NCBI GenBank assembly: GCA_947478395.1
Contig: CANJVR010000001.1
Coordinates: 512,001-576,000, forward strand
Source: Opitutia bacterium
GTDB taxonomy: Bacteria > Verrucomicrobiota > Verrucomicrobiia > Opitutales > Opitutaceae
DNA length: 64,000 nucleotides
Reading direction: 5' to 3'
Shown: piece after piece, positions 28,047-40,782 of the stretch
Layout of the letters: the number at the start of each line of letters is the position of its first letter
How positions within the stretch are numbered: the stretch's first letter is position 1
The notes under the pieces: model-generated
What the model was told of the DNA's origin: nothing
The model's database searches: none
Seen by the model: the letters and a program-made list of their open reading frames with translations, nothing else
Made by a program: the position numbers and the translations under genes

Positions 28047-28581
28047 AATGATCTATGTATCTACGTACACAGGTCGGCCAGTGGGCCGCCTTGCGATCGT
28101 GGGATGGTTGATGGTTTGATTTGCCCCTGCCGGATGGCAGAGCGGTCGAAAACACCGGACGACAGCCCAGCTGGCAAGAGCGAATTCGCGCGGAAGCGGA
28201 AAAGCGGACACCCCCACCCTACCGCCCCTTTCTCCAGCCGGAACGATGCATGGCGTTGAACTTCGTCACCATCTCGACGCCATCCCCTAGGGTCCTCCTG
28301 CAAAGTTCCAGGGTCCGCGCGTAACCCTCAGAAGCGGCAAAACCAACGGCGATGCGCCCAGCTCCGCCACGCTCGAAAGGTACCCGTTCTGCCGCCGGGC
28401 GCTCACCGCCCAAAAAACAACGGGCCGAGCGATACCACGTCGATGGATTTACGCATGTTGATCGTGCGGGACCGCTCCGGGCAGGCTGTTCCGCGTCACG
28501 GCGATCAAGCAGGCGGGACCCGCGCCGTTCATTCTGGCGCCGCAAGCGCGATAATTTTCCAACGGCTTTCCTCGACGCAAA

Positions 28582-29328
28582 CTAGCCGCGACGCCGGGCG
28601 ACCAGCACCAGGCTCACGCCAAAAGGAAATGGCACACGCCACATCGCCAAGCGGACGAAGATGGCGCGCAGGAGATCGTTGATCGGCCGGGCCGGCTCCC
28701 GATCTTCCGAACGACCCGCCGGCGCCGGCCGGCCCAGACGTTTCTGCAGCGTCCGCAATTTTCGCACCCACCAGACGGCCGGATAAACGACGACGTTGGT
28801 GTAGTTAACGTGGATCAGTTCCCACCTATCGCTGGTAAAAAGCGCCCGCAGTTGCGGCCGCCTATAACGTCGAAAATGATGCAGCGCCTCGTCCCAGTCG
28901 CTCCACAAAGCCATACTCGCCGGCACCGTCACGAGGGCGATCCCGCCCGGGCTCAGCAGCCGATGAAAACCGCGCACCATCGCCGCGTCGTCCGGCACAT
29001 GTTCGAGCACATCGAGCGCGGTCACGAAATCGAGCGAAGCATCGGGCAGCGGCACGGCATCGCCCGCGAGGCTCAGAATTTGCTCGGGCCGGAAGCGAGT
29101 CCGGAGCAAGCGCAACGCCTCCGCATGATCGTCGAGGACTAGCACGCGGCAATGAGCCTCCATTTCCTTCGCGAAAATTCCCGTGCCCGCACCGCAGTCG
29201 AGCAACACGTCGGTCGGTTGCGGCGGGCGCGCCCGCTGCAGCCAAGCCCGGACCAGAGCGCGTTTGCCGGAGTAGTACCAGTGCGTGCGTTCGACGCATT
29301 CGAGGTTGCTGTATTCATCGGCGTTCAT
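28582..29328 (-). CDS. Class I SAM-dependent methyltransferase (surface-glycan-associated type)
   Basis: ERTHWYYSGKR, LLDCGAGTG, LDVLEHVPDD, TVPA..LWSDWDE..HHFRRY, PFGVSL; start MNADEY. Confidence 0.85.
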   Translation of the reverse strand: MNADEYSNLECVERTHWYYSGKRALVRAWLQRARPPQPTDVLLDCGAGTGIFAKEMEAHCRVLVLDDHAEALRLLRTRFRPEQILSLAGDAVPLPDASLDFVTALDVLEHVPDDAAMVRGFHRLLSPGGIALVTVPASMALWSDWDEALHHFRRYRRPQLRALFTSDRWELIHVNYTNVVVYPAVWWVRKLRTLQKRLGRPAPAGRSEDREPARPINDLLRAIFVRLAMWRVPFPFGVSLVLVARRRG

Positions 29329-29394
29329 GCGGCGGGTTCGGACTTGTGGGAGCGTCAGCGCGCCCCGAGATTGAGTCCACGATTTTGTCCCGTA

Positions 29395-31425
29395 ATGCCT
29401 GAACCCGCCCTCCGGCTGCGTCGCCAGCTTATCGTTTTCTCCGTCGCCGCCATTCTGGCGCTGCACTTCGTCCTGGCGGTCGCGAGCAAGCGGCAAGAAA
29501 GCACCACCGCCGACGAGATCGCGCACCTCACCGCCGGCTTCGCGTACTGGCAATTCGACGACTACCGACTGCAGCCGGAAAACGGCAATCTGCCGCAACG
29601 CTGGGCCGCGCTGCCGACGTGGCTGAGCGGCGCCACGTTTCCAAAATTAGCGGACAACAACTACTGGCGCACGAGCGATGCGTGGGGCGTCGGCCACCAG
29701 TTTTTTTATGAAACGGGCGAAGACCATTTCCCGCGGTTGATGGCCGGGCGCGCGATGATCGCACTGTTTAGTGTCGGCACCGGGTTGATTATTTTTATTT
29801 GGTCGCGGCGTTTTTTCGGGACGGCCGGCGGCTTTGTTTCACTTTTATTCTATGCGTTCTGTCCCAACTTTCTCGCCCACGGAGCGCTGGTGACCTCGGA
29901 TGCGTGTATCACGTTTTTTATGCTCGCGAGCGTCGGAGCGTGGTGGCGCCAGCTGCACGACGGACGGAGGCGCGCGTGGTGGATGAGCGCCGCGATTTTC
30001 AGCCTCGCGTGCATCGCCAAGTATTCCGCGGTGCTGCTGATTCCGATGCTCGTTCTTCTGGGAACGGCGCGAATGCTAGGATCAGCGCCTCTTACTATTT
30101 GGGGCCGCACGTTTGTTACTCGCCGGAAAAAAATCGGCGCGCTCGTCGTGTCGGCGCTCGGTCATGGCGTTTTGGCCATCGCGACGATCTGGGCCGCTTT
30201 CGGTTTTCGCTATTCGGGATTCAGCCCGGCGCTGCCCGCTGCCGCGCATTTCCTTCAGCCGTTTGAAAGCGCCGTTGCCAGCATGGGCGCGCAAGGTCCG
30301 GTGGTGACCGTGCTCGCCGCATGGCACGCCCTGCCCGAGGCATTCCTCTACGGCTACGCATTCGTGCTCGAGATGTCGCAGCAACGCGCCGCCTACCTCG
30401 ACGGCGACTACAGTCTCACCGGCTGGGTGCGGTTTTTCCCGCTGGCCTTTCTTTACAAGAGCACGCCCGCGCTGCTCGTAGCGCTCCCGTTGGCCGGGTT
30501 GGTGGCGCGGCGCCGGCGATCAGACGCGGAGTCTGAGTCGTCGAAATCTCCGCGCGCCGCCCTCTACTCGGCGCTGCCGCTGCTCGTGCTCGTGGGCGTT
30601 TACGGCGCGTTTTCCCTGACGAGCCATCTCAACATCGGACACCGCCATCTGCTGCCGATTTATCCCGCGCTCTTCATTGCGACCGGCGCGCTCGGAGCGT
30701 GGGCGGCCAAACGGCGCGGCTTCGCGGTAGCGGTCGTCGCGCTACTGCTCTCGCTTCAAGGTGGAACCGCGTGGCGGATCTATCCGCACTACCTCGCCTA
30801 TTTCAATTTCATCGGCGAAGGCCCGGAGTTCGGCTGGCGGCACCTCAGCGACAGCTCGCACGATTGGGGCCAAGATTTACCCGGCCTCAAAACCTGGGCC
30901 ACGACCAACGTGCGCGTCGGCGAGCCCTTCTATCTCGCTTACGCGGGCTCGGGCGAACCCGACTACTACCAACTACCCGTACGCCGCCTGCTCATGGTAA
31001 ATGGTTTTCACCAGCCGCAGCCGTACCTCGAGCTCGAGCCCGGAACCTACGCCATCGGCACCACCGTGCTCTCCCACGTGTACGGCCAGGTGCGCGGACC
31101 GTGGACCCTCGAATGGGAAACCGAATACCAAAAGCTCCGCGCCCTCGAGCCGCTCTTTGCCGGCTATCACCGCGAGCCAAATCGCCGCGCCGAATTGTTG
31201 AAAGAGGCCCCGGCCGAAATTTGGGAGAGCGGCTGGAAGCGTTACAACCAACTGCGGTTCGCCCGGCTCTGTCACTACCTTCGCGTGCGTGCGCCCGAGG
31301 CCAACATCGGTCACTCCATCCTGATCTACCGGCTCAACGCCGATGAAATCAAAGCGGCGACGGCTGGTTCGCTGGCGGATTGGAGCGCGTTGATGGAGCG
31401 CACGATCAACGCGCGGCAGCCGTGA
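29395..31425 (+). CDS. ArnT/PMT-like (GT39/GT83, GT-C fold) membrane glycosyltransferase
   Basis: TM1 followed by TTADEIAHLTAG, PNFLAHGALVTSD, AKYSA, NIGHRHLLP, SDSSHDWGQDL; many TM segments; start MPEPAL. Confidence 0.8.
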   Translation: MPEPALRLRRQLIVFSVAAILALHFVLAVASKRQESTTADEIAHLTAGFAYWQFDDYRLQPENGNLPQRWAALPTWLSGATFPKLADNNYWRTSDAWGVGHQFFYETGEDHFPRLMAGRAMIALFSVGTGLIIFIWSRRFFGTAGGFVSLLFYAFCPNFLAHGALVTSDACITFFMLASVGAWWRQLHDGRRRAWWMSAAIFSLACIAKYSAVLLIPMLVLLGTARMLGSAPLTIWGRTFVTRRKKIGALVVSALGHGVLAIATIWAAFGFRYSGFSPALPAAAHFLQPFESAVASMGAQGPVVTVLAAWHALPEAFLYGYAFVLEMSQQRAAYLDGDYSLTGWVRFFPLAFLYKSTPALLVALPLAGLVARRRRSDAESESSKSPRAALYSALPLLVLVGVYGAFSLTSHLNIGHRHLLPIYPALFIATGALGAWAAKRRGFAVAVVALLLSLQGGTAWRIYPHYLAYFNFIGEGPEFGWRHLSDSSHDWGQDLPGLKTWATTNVRVGEPFYLAYAGSGEPDYYQLPVRRLLMVNGFHQPQPYLELEPGTYAIGTTVLSHVYGQVRGPWTLEWETEYQKLRALEPLFAGYHREPNRRAELLKEAPAEIWESGWKRYNQLRFARLCHYLRVRAPEANIGHSILIYRLNADEIKAATAGSLADWSALMERTINARQP

Positions 31426-31517
31426 AGGCGATGGCGAGGCCCACGCGAAATCACAGCCGACCACTCCGATGGAGAACCACCCGATTCAACGAGCGTCGTG
31501 CACCAGGCCCGGCGGCA

Positions 31518-33314
31518 TCATGGCGCCAGTTCCAACACCGCCGGCGGCTCCGGATCGACCGCGATCAGCCGGCTGAGCCGCGCCCAGCGTCCGCCGAAGC
31601 GTTTCTCGGCCAAGGTCTCGAGGTGAAAATTCGCCGGCAGATCGTCCTCGGGATCGACGCCGCGATCGCCCTCCGACGAAATTGGACGCAAAGCCTGCGC
31701 CACGATCACTTCCTTGAAGGTGCCCTGGAGTAGATGATACGCGATCTGGGGTCCGCGTTTCGCTCCGACCGTCGTGAGGATCGTCGGGATGCGCCAAAGG
31801 ACGAAGGGAATCGTTGATTTGTTGGAGAGAAACAGGATCGGTCCGCGGTGGCGCGTGAGGATATCGTGCTCCCATTCCACTTCGCGCATCAAGAGGTTCT
31901 CATCGGTGTACGATCGTTTCGCGATGACGGGTAGCGTGCCGATAAAAAGCCACGCGAGTAAACCGATGCCGGCGACCCGCAATCCCCACAGCTGCCAGCG
32001 GCCCAACCCACCCACCAACCGGGCCGCAAGCAACGCGAGCAACAGACACATCGGCAGCGCAAAGCGCGACGCGATCACGGCATCGAGCGCGCTCCAATAG
32101 TAGAACATCAACAGGGCGAGGTTGGCCGCGATCGTCCCGCCAAAAACGACCAGCACCAGCACGCCGGGCGCGAGCGCCGGCCGCGCCGGATTTCTCCACC
32201 AACGCACCCCGCCCACCGCGGCCCAGAGAATACCCAGCGCGCCAAGCAGGCTGAGATAAAAAGAATTGGCGAGCGCCGGCGTGCGGTTGAAAAAAAACGC
32301 CCAGGCGCCTTCGAGGTTCTCGCGCACATATCCGAGCCCAAAACGCGCCGTCTGTCCCGCCTTGAGCTGCCACAACACCGGCGTCGCTGCCAGCACACGA
32401 TTATGCCACGCGTACGGAATCAGCAGCATAGGCGCCACGATCACCGGCCACGGCAGGAGCACCCTTCCCGCCCGCAGCCAGCCCGCGAGCACGACAATCG
32501 CCACCGGCACGACAAAGATCACCGACTCATAGCGGCTCTGCGCCAGCAGCACCGCGCCCAACGCCAGCGCGGCGAGCCGGTCCCGGTCCGGCGCGCGCAG
32601 ATAGAGCGTGGCCAGCACGCACTCCACGAGAATCAAAGTAAGATTGTGCAACTCCATGCCGGCCCCGCTGGCGTTTTGAGCGAGTAACGGCAGCGTCGCC
32701 AACAAACCGAGGCTCAGCAGCGCAGGCCCGCGGCCGGCCAGTTCCCGCGCGAACCAATACGCCAGCGCGAAAAAAATCGGCGTCAGCGCCACGTTTACGA
32801 CGAAAATATTGGCCCCGCGAAACCCCGTGAGGTCGTGCAGGAGCGACACGAGAAAGACGAAAAAATACGGCCGCTTGTCCACGAATGCATCGATGGTGAG
32901 CCAGGTGCCCTCGATCTCGTACGCGCGCACGGGGGCGCCGTACTCCTTGGTCGCATGCATGTGCTGCGCCGTCGCCTCCAGCACATATTCGTCGAACAAA
33001 ATTTTATGGCCGAATGGATCCGCCGAAAGCGTGAACAACGTCGCCGCCAACAAAACCAAGCCGGCCAGGCCGGGCCGACGAACCCAGCCCACCACCACGT
33101 TCCAGCGCGACTGGACGATGCGCGTGGCATAAAACACGAAGAAGCCAAACACCCCCAAAATGTAATAGTAGGCTCCACCCACGATCCACGCCTTCACTTG
33201 CAGCGGCGTGAAAACGACGAAGCCGAGCACCAGCGCCAGGACCGCGGCGAGCGCGAGCAGGAGTAACCGCGCACGCGCGGAGGGGTCATTGAACAACGAA
33301 AAGAGCGCGCGCAT
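31518..33314 (-). CDS. Polytopic membrane protein, putative GT-C glycosyltransferase (paralog of the next gene)
   Basis: KILFDEYVL..HMH, DKRPYFF..LVSLLHDLTGFR, AQSRYES; >10 TM segments. Confidence 0.7.
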   Translation of the reverse strand: MRALFSLFNDPSARARLLLLALAAVLALVLGFVVFTPLQVKAWIVGGAYYYILGVFGFFVFYATRIVQSRWNVVVGWVRRPGLAGLVLLAATLFTLSADPFGHKILFDEYVLEATAQHMHATKEYGAPVRAYEIEGTWLTIDAFVDKRPYFFVFLVSLLHDLTGFRGANIFVVNVALTPIFFALAYWFARELAGRGPALLSLGLLATLPLLAQNASGAGMELHNLTLILVECVLATLYLRAPDRDRLAALALGAVLLAQSRYESVIFVVPVAIVVLAGWLRAGRVLLPWPVIVAPMLLIPYAWHNRVLAATPVLWQLKAGQTARFGLGYVRENLEGAWAFFFNRTPALANSFYLSLLGALGILWAAVGGVRWWRNPARPALAPGVLVLVVFGGTIAANLALLMFYYWSALDAVIASRFALPMCLLLALLAARLVGGLGRWQLWGLRVAGIGLLAWLFIGTLPVIAKRSYTDENLLMREVEWEHDILTRHRGPILFLSNKSTIPFVLWRIPTILTTVGAKRGPQIAYHLLQGTFKEVIVAQALRPISSEGDRGVDPEDDLPANFHLETLAEKRFGGRWARLSRLIAVDPEPPAVLELAP

Positions 33315-33364
33315 CGGTTCAGAATTTTGAATCGAACGACGCAGATTTTACCGGGACGCAGGCT

Positions 33365-35233
33365 TCAAGGCAGCTGCTGCAGAAAATTAGCGATGTAATC
33401 GCGGCGAAGTTTTTCGATTGTCGCGCGATCTTTCGGCACGGGCCGCAACGATGTGTCACCGCTTTTGACGATTTGCTCGCCCGCCCGAATGCTCTTCAAC
33501 CGGCTCATCCGCGTGAGCGTGAGCGCTTGCAGACGTTCCTCGCGCACCGTCTCGAGTTCAAAATCCGGCCCGAGATCGTCGCCTTCACGGTAGGCCATTT
33601 TGCCCGTCGACGGATCGATGTTGAGGCGTTGAAAAACAAATATGTCGGAAAACGTGCGATTGCGCAGATTCCACACCATCATTTCGCGGCGGTTGCGGGC
33701 CTGCTCAATGGGGGTCGCGGAAACCTGATGGGTGATCCAAAGGATCGAGTCGTTGTCGATCACGAGATAATCGCGCCGCGGCTGGTCAGCGATAAAGGCG
33801 CGGCGCCACGCCGTCTCCCGGCCCGGCAAATATTCCTGGCTGTAAGCGTGCGCCGCCATCGAAGGTACGCCTTGGACGAGCACGGCGACCACCGCGACGC
33901 CGAGAAGAATCCGCGCCACCGGGCCGCGCGCGAGCTGCGGCAAAATGGCCAGAATCGCGATCACCATTCCCAAGTGCGTCGGCAGACTGAGGCGACGTAT
34001 AACGGGATCGTCGAAGCGCCCCCAGAAGTAACACATCATCAGCCCAAATTGAGCGATGAACCCGATCGCAAAAAATGAAGTGAGGACCACCGCGGGTGTT
34101 TCGCGCCCCAGCGAACGAAATCGTTTCACCAGCAGCAGCAGAAAAAACGGCACGGCCATCGCACCCAAGGCCGAGAGCAGAAGCGAATTGGGTTGATCGG
34201 TGGCTTTGCCGAAAAAAAATGCCAGCGCGTGGGTGAGATTATCCGGAATATATTCGAATGAAAATGGCTTCGTGTAGCCCGGCTGGCTGAACATCTGCCA
34301 GGACGACCCGCGCAAATCGAATATTCGATGATGCAGCGGATAGTGCACGAACAGCAGCGGAGCGAGCACGACTGGCCACGACATCACCGGCCGTCGCTCG
34401 AGCCACCAGACCCAGCCCACCGTGAGCGCGACGGGCAAAAGATAAACCACCGATTCGTACCGAACTTGCGCCAACAGCAGGCCGGAAAAGAAAAACGCCG
34501 TAAACGTCGCCTCATCGCGTCGGGTCACGAAGCGCACCCCCAGCAGCATCGTGCCAAGAATCATCACCAAGTTGAGCAATTCGAATCCGCCGCCCGTGGC
34601 GTTGTGCGCCAGCAGCGGCAGGCCGGCCCACAAGGCGACGCCAATCCAACCCGCGATCCGGCCGGCCAGCAGTCGGCCCGTGAGATTGACGAGCCAGAGA
34701 AAAATCGCCGTGAGCACGCCATTGAGCAAAAACGCATTGGTCGGCCGGTAGCCGGTCAGGTCATGGACCAGCGACTCGAGAAACGGAAAGAACAGAGGAC
34801 GCTTATCCAGCACGCCATCGATGATCGCGAACGTTCCCTGAATGTCGTTACCGCGAATCGGCGTCAGCGCCGTGCGGTCGAAGTGCATGCTCATCGACGT
34901 GCCGAGCAGCATGATTTCATCCATCACGATTTTGAACCCGAAGCCTTCGTGAACCATCAGTACCGAAACACCGATAGCGATGACTCCCACCGAAGCCCAA
35001 TCCACCGTCCGCCATGACCAAGCCAGTGCTTCGGTCCTAAACCCCAACCACAGAGCGACCGAAAACATCGCAAAGGTCACGAGCATCAGCCAATAGCCGG
35101 CATGCGTGACAAAAACCACCGCGGCCGCGTCGGGCACGAGAGCAAAGCTCAGCGCCAGTGCGAGCAAAGTTGACGCGACAAACAGCCAAAACCGCAGGCC
35201 GAGACTGAGATTTTTCACCAGGGAGGATGACAT
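33365..35233 (-). CDS. Polytopic membrane protein, putative GT-C glycosyltransferase
   Basis: KIVMDEIML..SMH, DKRPLFF..LESLVHDLTGYR, AQVRYES; start MSSSLV. Confidence 0.7.
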   Translation of the reverse strand: MSSSLVKNLSLGLRFWLFVASTLLALALSFALVPDAAAVVFVTHAGYWLMLVTFAMFSVALWLGFRTEALAWSWRTVDWASVGVIAIGVSVLMVHEGFGFKIVMDEIMLLGTSMSMHFDRTALTPIRGNDIQGTFAIIDGVLDKRPLFFPFLESLVHDLTGYRPTNAFLLNGVLTAIFLWLVNLTGRLLAGRIAGWIGVALWAGLPLLAHNATGGGFELLNLVMILGTMLLGVRFVTRRDEATFTAFFFSGLLLAQVRYESVVYLLPVALTVGWVWWLERRPVMSWPVVLAPLLFVHYPLHHRIFDLRGSSWQMFSQPGYTKPFSFEYIPDNLTHALAFFFGKATDQPNSLLLSALGAMAVPFFLLLLVKRFRSLGRETPAVVLTSFFAIGFIAQFGLMMCYFWGRFDDPVIRRLSLPTHLGMVIAILAILPQLARGPVARILLGVAVVAVLVQGVPSMAAHAYSQEYLPGRETAWRRAFIADQPRRDYLVIDNDSILWITHQVSATPIEQARNRREMMVWNLRNRTFSDIFVFQRLNIDPSTGKMAYREGDDLGPDFELETVREERLQALTLTRMSRLKSIRAGEQIVKSGDTSLRPVPKDRATIEKLRRDYIANFLQQLP

Positions 35234-35372
35234 TAACGAAGATCGAGGCCTGCAGCAGAAAGAAGTAACGCGGGGCAACCTTCAATCGCCGCGAACGCGG
35301 GCATATCTGAAGCGTAAATCTCGCCGGAAACCACGGGGCTAACGTCGCTGGAAGGACTGGCGCGGGGCAAAT

Positions 35373-35404
35373 AAAAAGCCGCCCGAAAAAATCCGGGCGG
35401 CTTT
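35373..35404 (-). terminator. Intrinsic terminator after the pilin gene
   Basis: aaagccgcccg-loop-cgggcggcttt stem with T tract on the minus strand. Confidence 0.8.
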
Positions 35405-35423
35405 CGATTAAAATGAGGAACGA

Positions 35424-35780
35424 TTAGGGTAAGTAGGTGATCGTGCGAACGCCGGAGATGCCGCTGACCGTTATCGTTACACCCTGCGTGAAGTTGGCCG
35501 GGTAGGTTTCGCCGGCGACGGTGTTCAGCGACTTCACATAACTCGTGGGACCGACGAGGAGGGCCTGGGTAACGGTGGAGACACCGTGTTCGAGGAAATA
35601 TCGGTCCGCCGCGGCAGACAGCAGGCGCGCATTGTCGAGCACCGCTTTATCCTGGGTGGTTTGGCGGACCTTCTGGAAGGCCGGAATCGCCATGGCGCAC
35701 AGGAGACCCATGATGACGACGACAATCATGAATTCAACAAGGGTGAAGCCCTTGCAGGATTTTTGAGGCATGGTGATCAT
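35424..35780 (-). CDS. Type IV pilin-like protein (prepilin N-terminal cleavage/methylation)
   Basis: KG|FTLVEFMIVVVIMGLLCAMAIPAFQKVR; short Ser/Thr-rich C-terminal domain. Confidence 0.9.
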   Translation of the reverse strand: MITMPQKSCKGFTLVEFMIVVVIMGLLCAMAIPAFQKVRQTTQDKAVLDNARLLSAAADRYFLEHGVSTVTQALLVGPTSYVKSLNTVAGETYPANFTQGVTITVSGISGVRTITYLP

Positions 35781-35925
35781 AAGTGGTCTGGATAAATAGA
35801 GGAAAAAAACTGCTAGTGATTAGTAATACCTTGGTCCCCAACGAAATCGCAAGGTCTAAAAAAGGTGAACTCCGCCGGTGATGGACATCCGGCTTCGTTC
35901 ACCGAAACCCGCGCCGAACGAGGCC

Positions 35926-36393
35926 TTACGACCGCGTTTTTTTGCGGGAAACCTTCGTGGTTTTCGGTGATTTGGCCGCTCGTTTTTTGGCGGATGGCGT
36001 CGCGATTTTTTTCTTCGGTGAAGCCACCCCGAGCAACTTCGGCACCGATACTTCCTTCGCGTCTTTCCACAAATTTTCGAGCCCGTAACGTTCGCGTTGT
36101 TCGAGCGTGAAGAAATGCAACATGACATCGAACGCATCGATCACCATCCAGCCGCTCTCCTGCGGAATTTCCATGCCGACAATGCGGGCGTTCGCCGCGT
36201 CCAAGGCTCGCTCGGCTTCGACGCGCAAGGCGCGCAGATGCGGCTCCGAAGTCCCGGTGGCCAAGATCAGGAAATCCGTGATCGAGGATTGCTCGCTCAC
36301 ATCGAGCACGCGCAAATCCTCCGCTTTCTTTTCATCGAGGGCTCGGCAGCACAGTTTTACCAACGCGAGCGAGTCGGACTTCTTCAATTTCAT
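35926..36393 (-). CDS. rsfS: Ribosome silencing factor
   Basis: ALDEKKAEDLRVLDV, TDFLILATGTS, GWMVID, RERYGLENLW; start MKLKKS overlaps the nadD stop. Confidence 0.92.
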   Translation of the reverse strand: MKLKKSDSLALVKLCCRALDEKKAEDLRVLDVSEQSSITDFLILATGTSEPHLRALRVEAERALDAANARIVGMEIPQESGWMVIDAFDVMLHFFTLEQRERYGLENLWKDAKEVSVPKLLGVASPKKKIATPSAKKRAAKSPKTTKVSRKKTRS

Positions 36394-36977
36394 CGAGGGC
36401 CGAGATAAAGACCCTTCTGCCGGATGTAAACAATCGCCTTGTGCGGCACGAAATAATCGAGCGACAAGCGCCGGCGCTCCCGTTCCCGCAGCTCCGTCGA
36501 GCTGATCGCCAGCAAATGGCCGTCGCAACGGCGCAACCGCAGACCGGAAATATCCTCGCGCGGCTTCACCGGATAACCGGGGCGTTCGAGGAAGATAAAC
36601 TCCACCAGCTTCGCCAGCTCAACGATGTCTTTCCAAAGATGCAGCTTCGGCAGTTGGTCGCCGCCGATGATCCAGTAAAGTTCGTCGTCGGGAAAACACG
36701 CGCGAAAATACCGCGCCGAATCGACCGTGTAGCTCACCCCGCCTTTTTTCAGCTCGTAGTCGGAAATCTCGAAGCGCTGATCCCATTCGACCGCCGCGCG
36801 CAACATCGCTAGACGGTCTTCCGCAGACGATTGCATATCGCTGGGTTTGAGCGGCGCCTGGGCGGCCGGCACCAGAAACAAGCGGTCGAGACCGCATTGT
36901 TCATAGGCATCCTGCGCCGCCATCAAATGTCCGAAGTGCACGGGGTCGAAGCTCCCGCCCAAGAATCCGATTTTCAC
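36390..36977 (-). CDS. nadD: Nicotinate-nucleotide adenylyltransferase
   Basis: [36 protein letters not shown] start. Confidence 0.95.
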   Translation of the reverse strand: MKIGFLGGSFDPVHFGHLMAAQDAYEQCGLDRLFLVPAAQAPLKPSDMQSSAEDRLAMLRAAVEWDQRFEISDYELKKGGVSYTVDSARYFRACFPDDELYWIIGGDQLPKLHLWKDIVELAKLVEFIFLERPGYPVKPREDISGLRLRRCDGHLLAISSTELRERERRRLSLDYFVPHKAIVYIRQKGLYLGPR

Positions 36978-37104
36978 AGTTTTGGCACCGTTGCCACCGC
37001 CTCCCAGCCCGGCAAGGCCCAATTCCCGGCCGGGGCAAACAACGGACAAGCCGGCACGATGGCGCCGGAATCGATCGGAAATCCGCGCGCCCGAGAGGCG
37101 CGTT

Positions 37105-37190
37105 TGGTGCCCGGGGCCGGAGTCGAACCGGCACGCCTTTTCAGGCAAAGGATTTTAAGTCCCGTGCGTCTGCCATTTCGCCACCCGGGC
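37105..37190 (-). tRNA. tRNA-Leu(TAA)
   Basis: gcccgggtggcgaaatggcagacgcacgggact-TAA-aatcc, variable arm, ggttcgactcc, ACCA end. Confidence 0.95.
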
Positions 37191-37406
37191 GGATGCGCGG
37201 ACACCAGCCAAACCGCCGAAAGCATCCGCCGCCAGAAAATCCGCATCCCTTAAATGCCACCGGACCGACTTCGCCCTCCGCCGCCGCTTTCGATCTGACA
37301 GTTCTCAATTACGCAAAAATTCTCGCGAGCATCAGCCGGGCCCAGTCAAACTCGGGCCAGGATTCACCCCCCGTTTCGTCAGGCAACCCCTTAGTTTCCC
37401 TTCCCC

Positions 37407-39872
<2,466 letters not shown>

Positions 39873-39895
39873 GGGACGGAAAATATTAAAACCTT

Positions 39896-39931
39896 CGAAA
39901 TCGTGAAACGGGAAACCGTTTCACGATTTCG
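39896..39931. terminator. Perfect 16-bp hairpin with GAAA loop between convergent hppA and HNH genes
   Basis: cgaaatcgtgaaacgg-gaaa-ccgtttcacgatttcg. Confidence 0.7.
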
Positions 39932-39971
39932 TCGTTTTACGTTCTCCCATTCAGAATCGCAGGATCCCCTC

Positions 39972-40589
39972 TCAATCCTCCAATTCCACGTTCCAATAAG
40001 CCACGTCGAGGAAATCCTTCCAGACTTCGTGGTGTTGTTTGCCGAGCACGAGCGAAATTACCGGGCGCCATTTCGGGCGGACCGGTTTGCGGATCAACCG
40101 CATCTGCGCCGCGTGCGGCAGGCGGTTCGCCTTGCGCGAATTGCAGCGGATGCACGAGCACACGATGTTTTCCCACGTCGTTTTGCCGCCGGCATCGCGC
40201 GGAATCACATGGTCGAGATTGAGCTGCTCGCGTGGTAATACCTTCGAGCAATACTGGCAGGTATTCTTGTCCCGCTCGAAAACATTGCTGCGGGTCAGCT
40301 TCAGCTCCTTGCACGGCAACTTGTCGAAAAACGTCAAAAGAATCACCCGCGGCAACCGGATCGTGCGCGTCGGCGTGCGGACCGTCTCCAACGCCACGAG
40401 CGGTGGATTGCTGACCGAGAAATCGATCCAATCCATCATTGAGAACATCCGGAAGTCGTCGTCGTGATGGTGGACGACGTGCGCATGCCCCCGGGCCAAA
40501 AGAGCGAAAGCGCGACGTGCACCGATGACGTTCACCGCCTGCCACAGGCGATTTAATACCAACACCGGTTGATCGAGAGCGATCTCCAT
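39972..40589 (-). CDS. HNH endonuclease family protein
   Basis: VLVLNR, LPRVILL, RDKNTCQYC, LDHVIPRDAGG..WENIVCSCIRCNSRK; start MEIALD. Confidence 0.9.
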   Translation of the reverse strand: MEIALDQPVLVLNRLWQAVNVIGARRAFALLARGHAHVVHHHDDDFRMFSMMDWIDFSVSNPPLVALETVRTPTRTIRLPRVILLTFFDKLPCKELKLTRSNVFERDKNTCQYCSKVLPREQLNLDHVIPRDAGGKTTWENIVCSCIRCNSRKANRLPHAAQMRLIRKPVRPKWRPVISLVLGKQHHEVWKDFLDVAYWNVELED

Positions 40590-40677
40590 ACGGGGACATC
40601 GCAATAGCCGTGCCACTCTGCCGCTGTCAAGCGGCGGGCCGTGACGATCACGTGGATTCGTCCACGAGAGATCGATC

Positions 40678-40778
40678 CGACGTAGCGGCAGGCGTCCCTG
40701 CATGCCGAAATGAGGCAGGCGAACCCGGCAGGCAGGGACGCCTGCCGCTACACCAAACGGCCACGGAAAAACTTAAAC
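40678..40778 (+). repeat. REP-like family A copy
   Basis: gtagcggcaggcgtccctgc...ggcaggcagggacgcctgccgctacaccaaacggccacggaaaa. Confidence 0.85.
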
Positions 40779-40782
40779 TGCC

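Noticed and set aside
28047..28580. Long intergenic region upstream of rpsB as an ncRNA
   Set aside because: An S2 autoregulatory leader is plausible, but I could not define a structure or boundaries.
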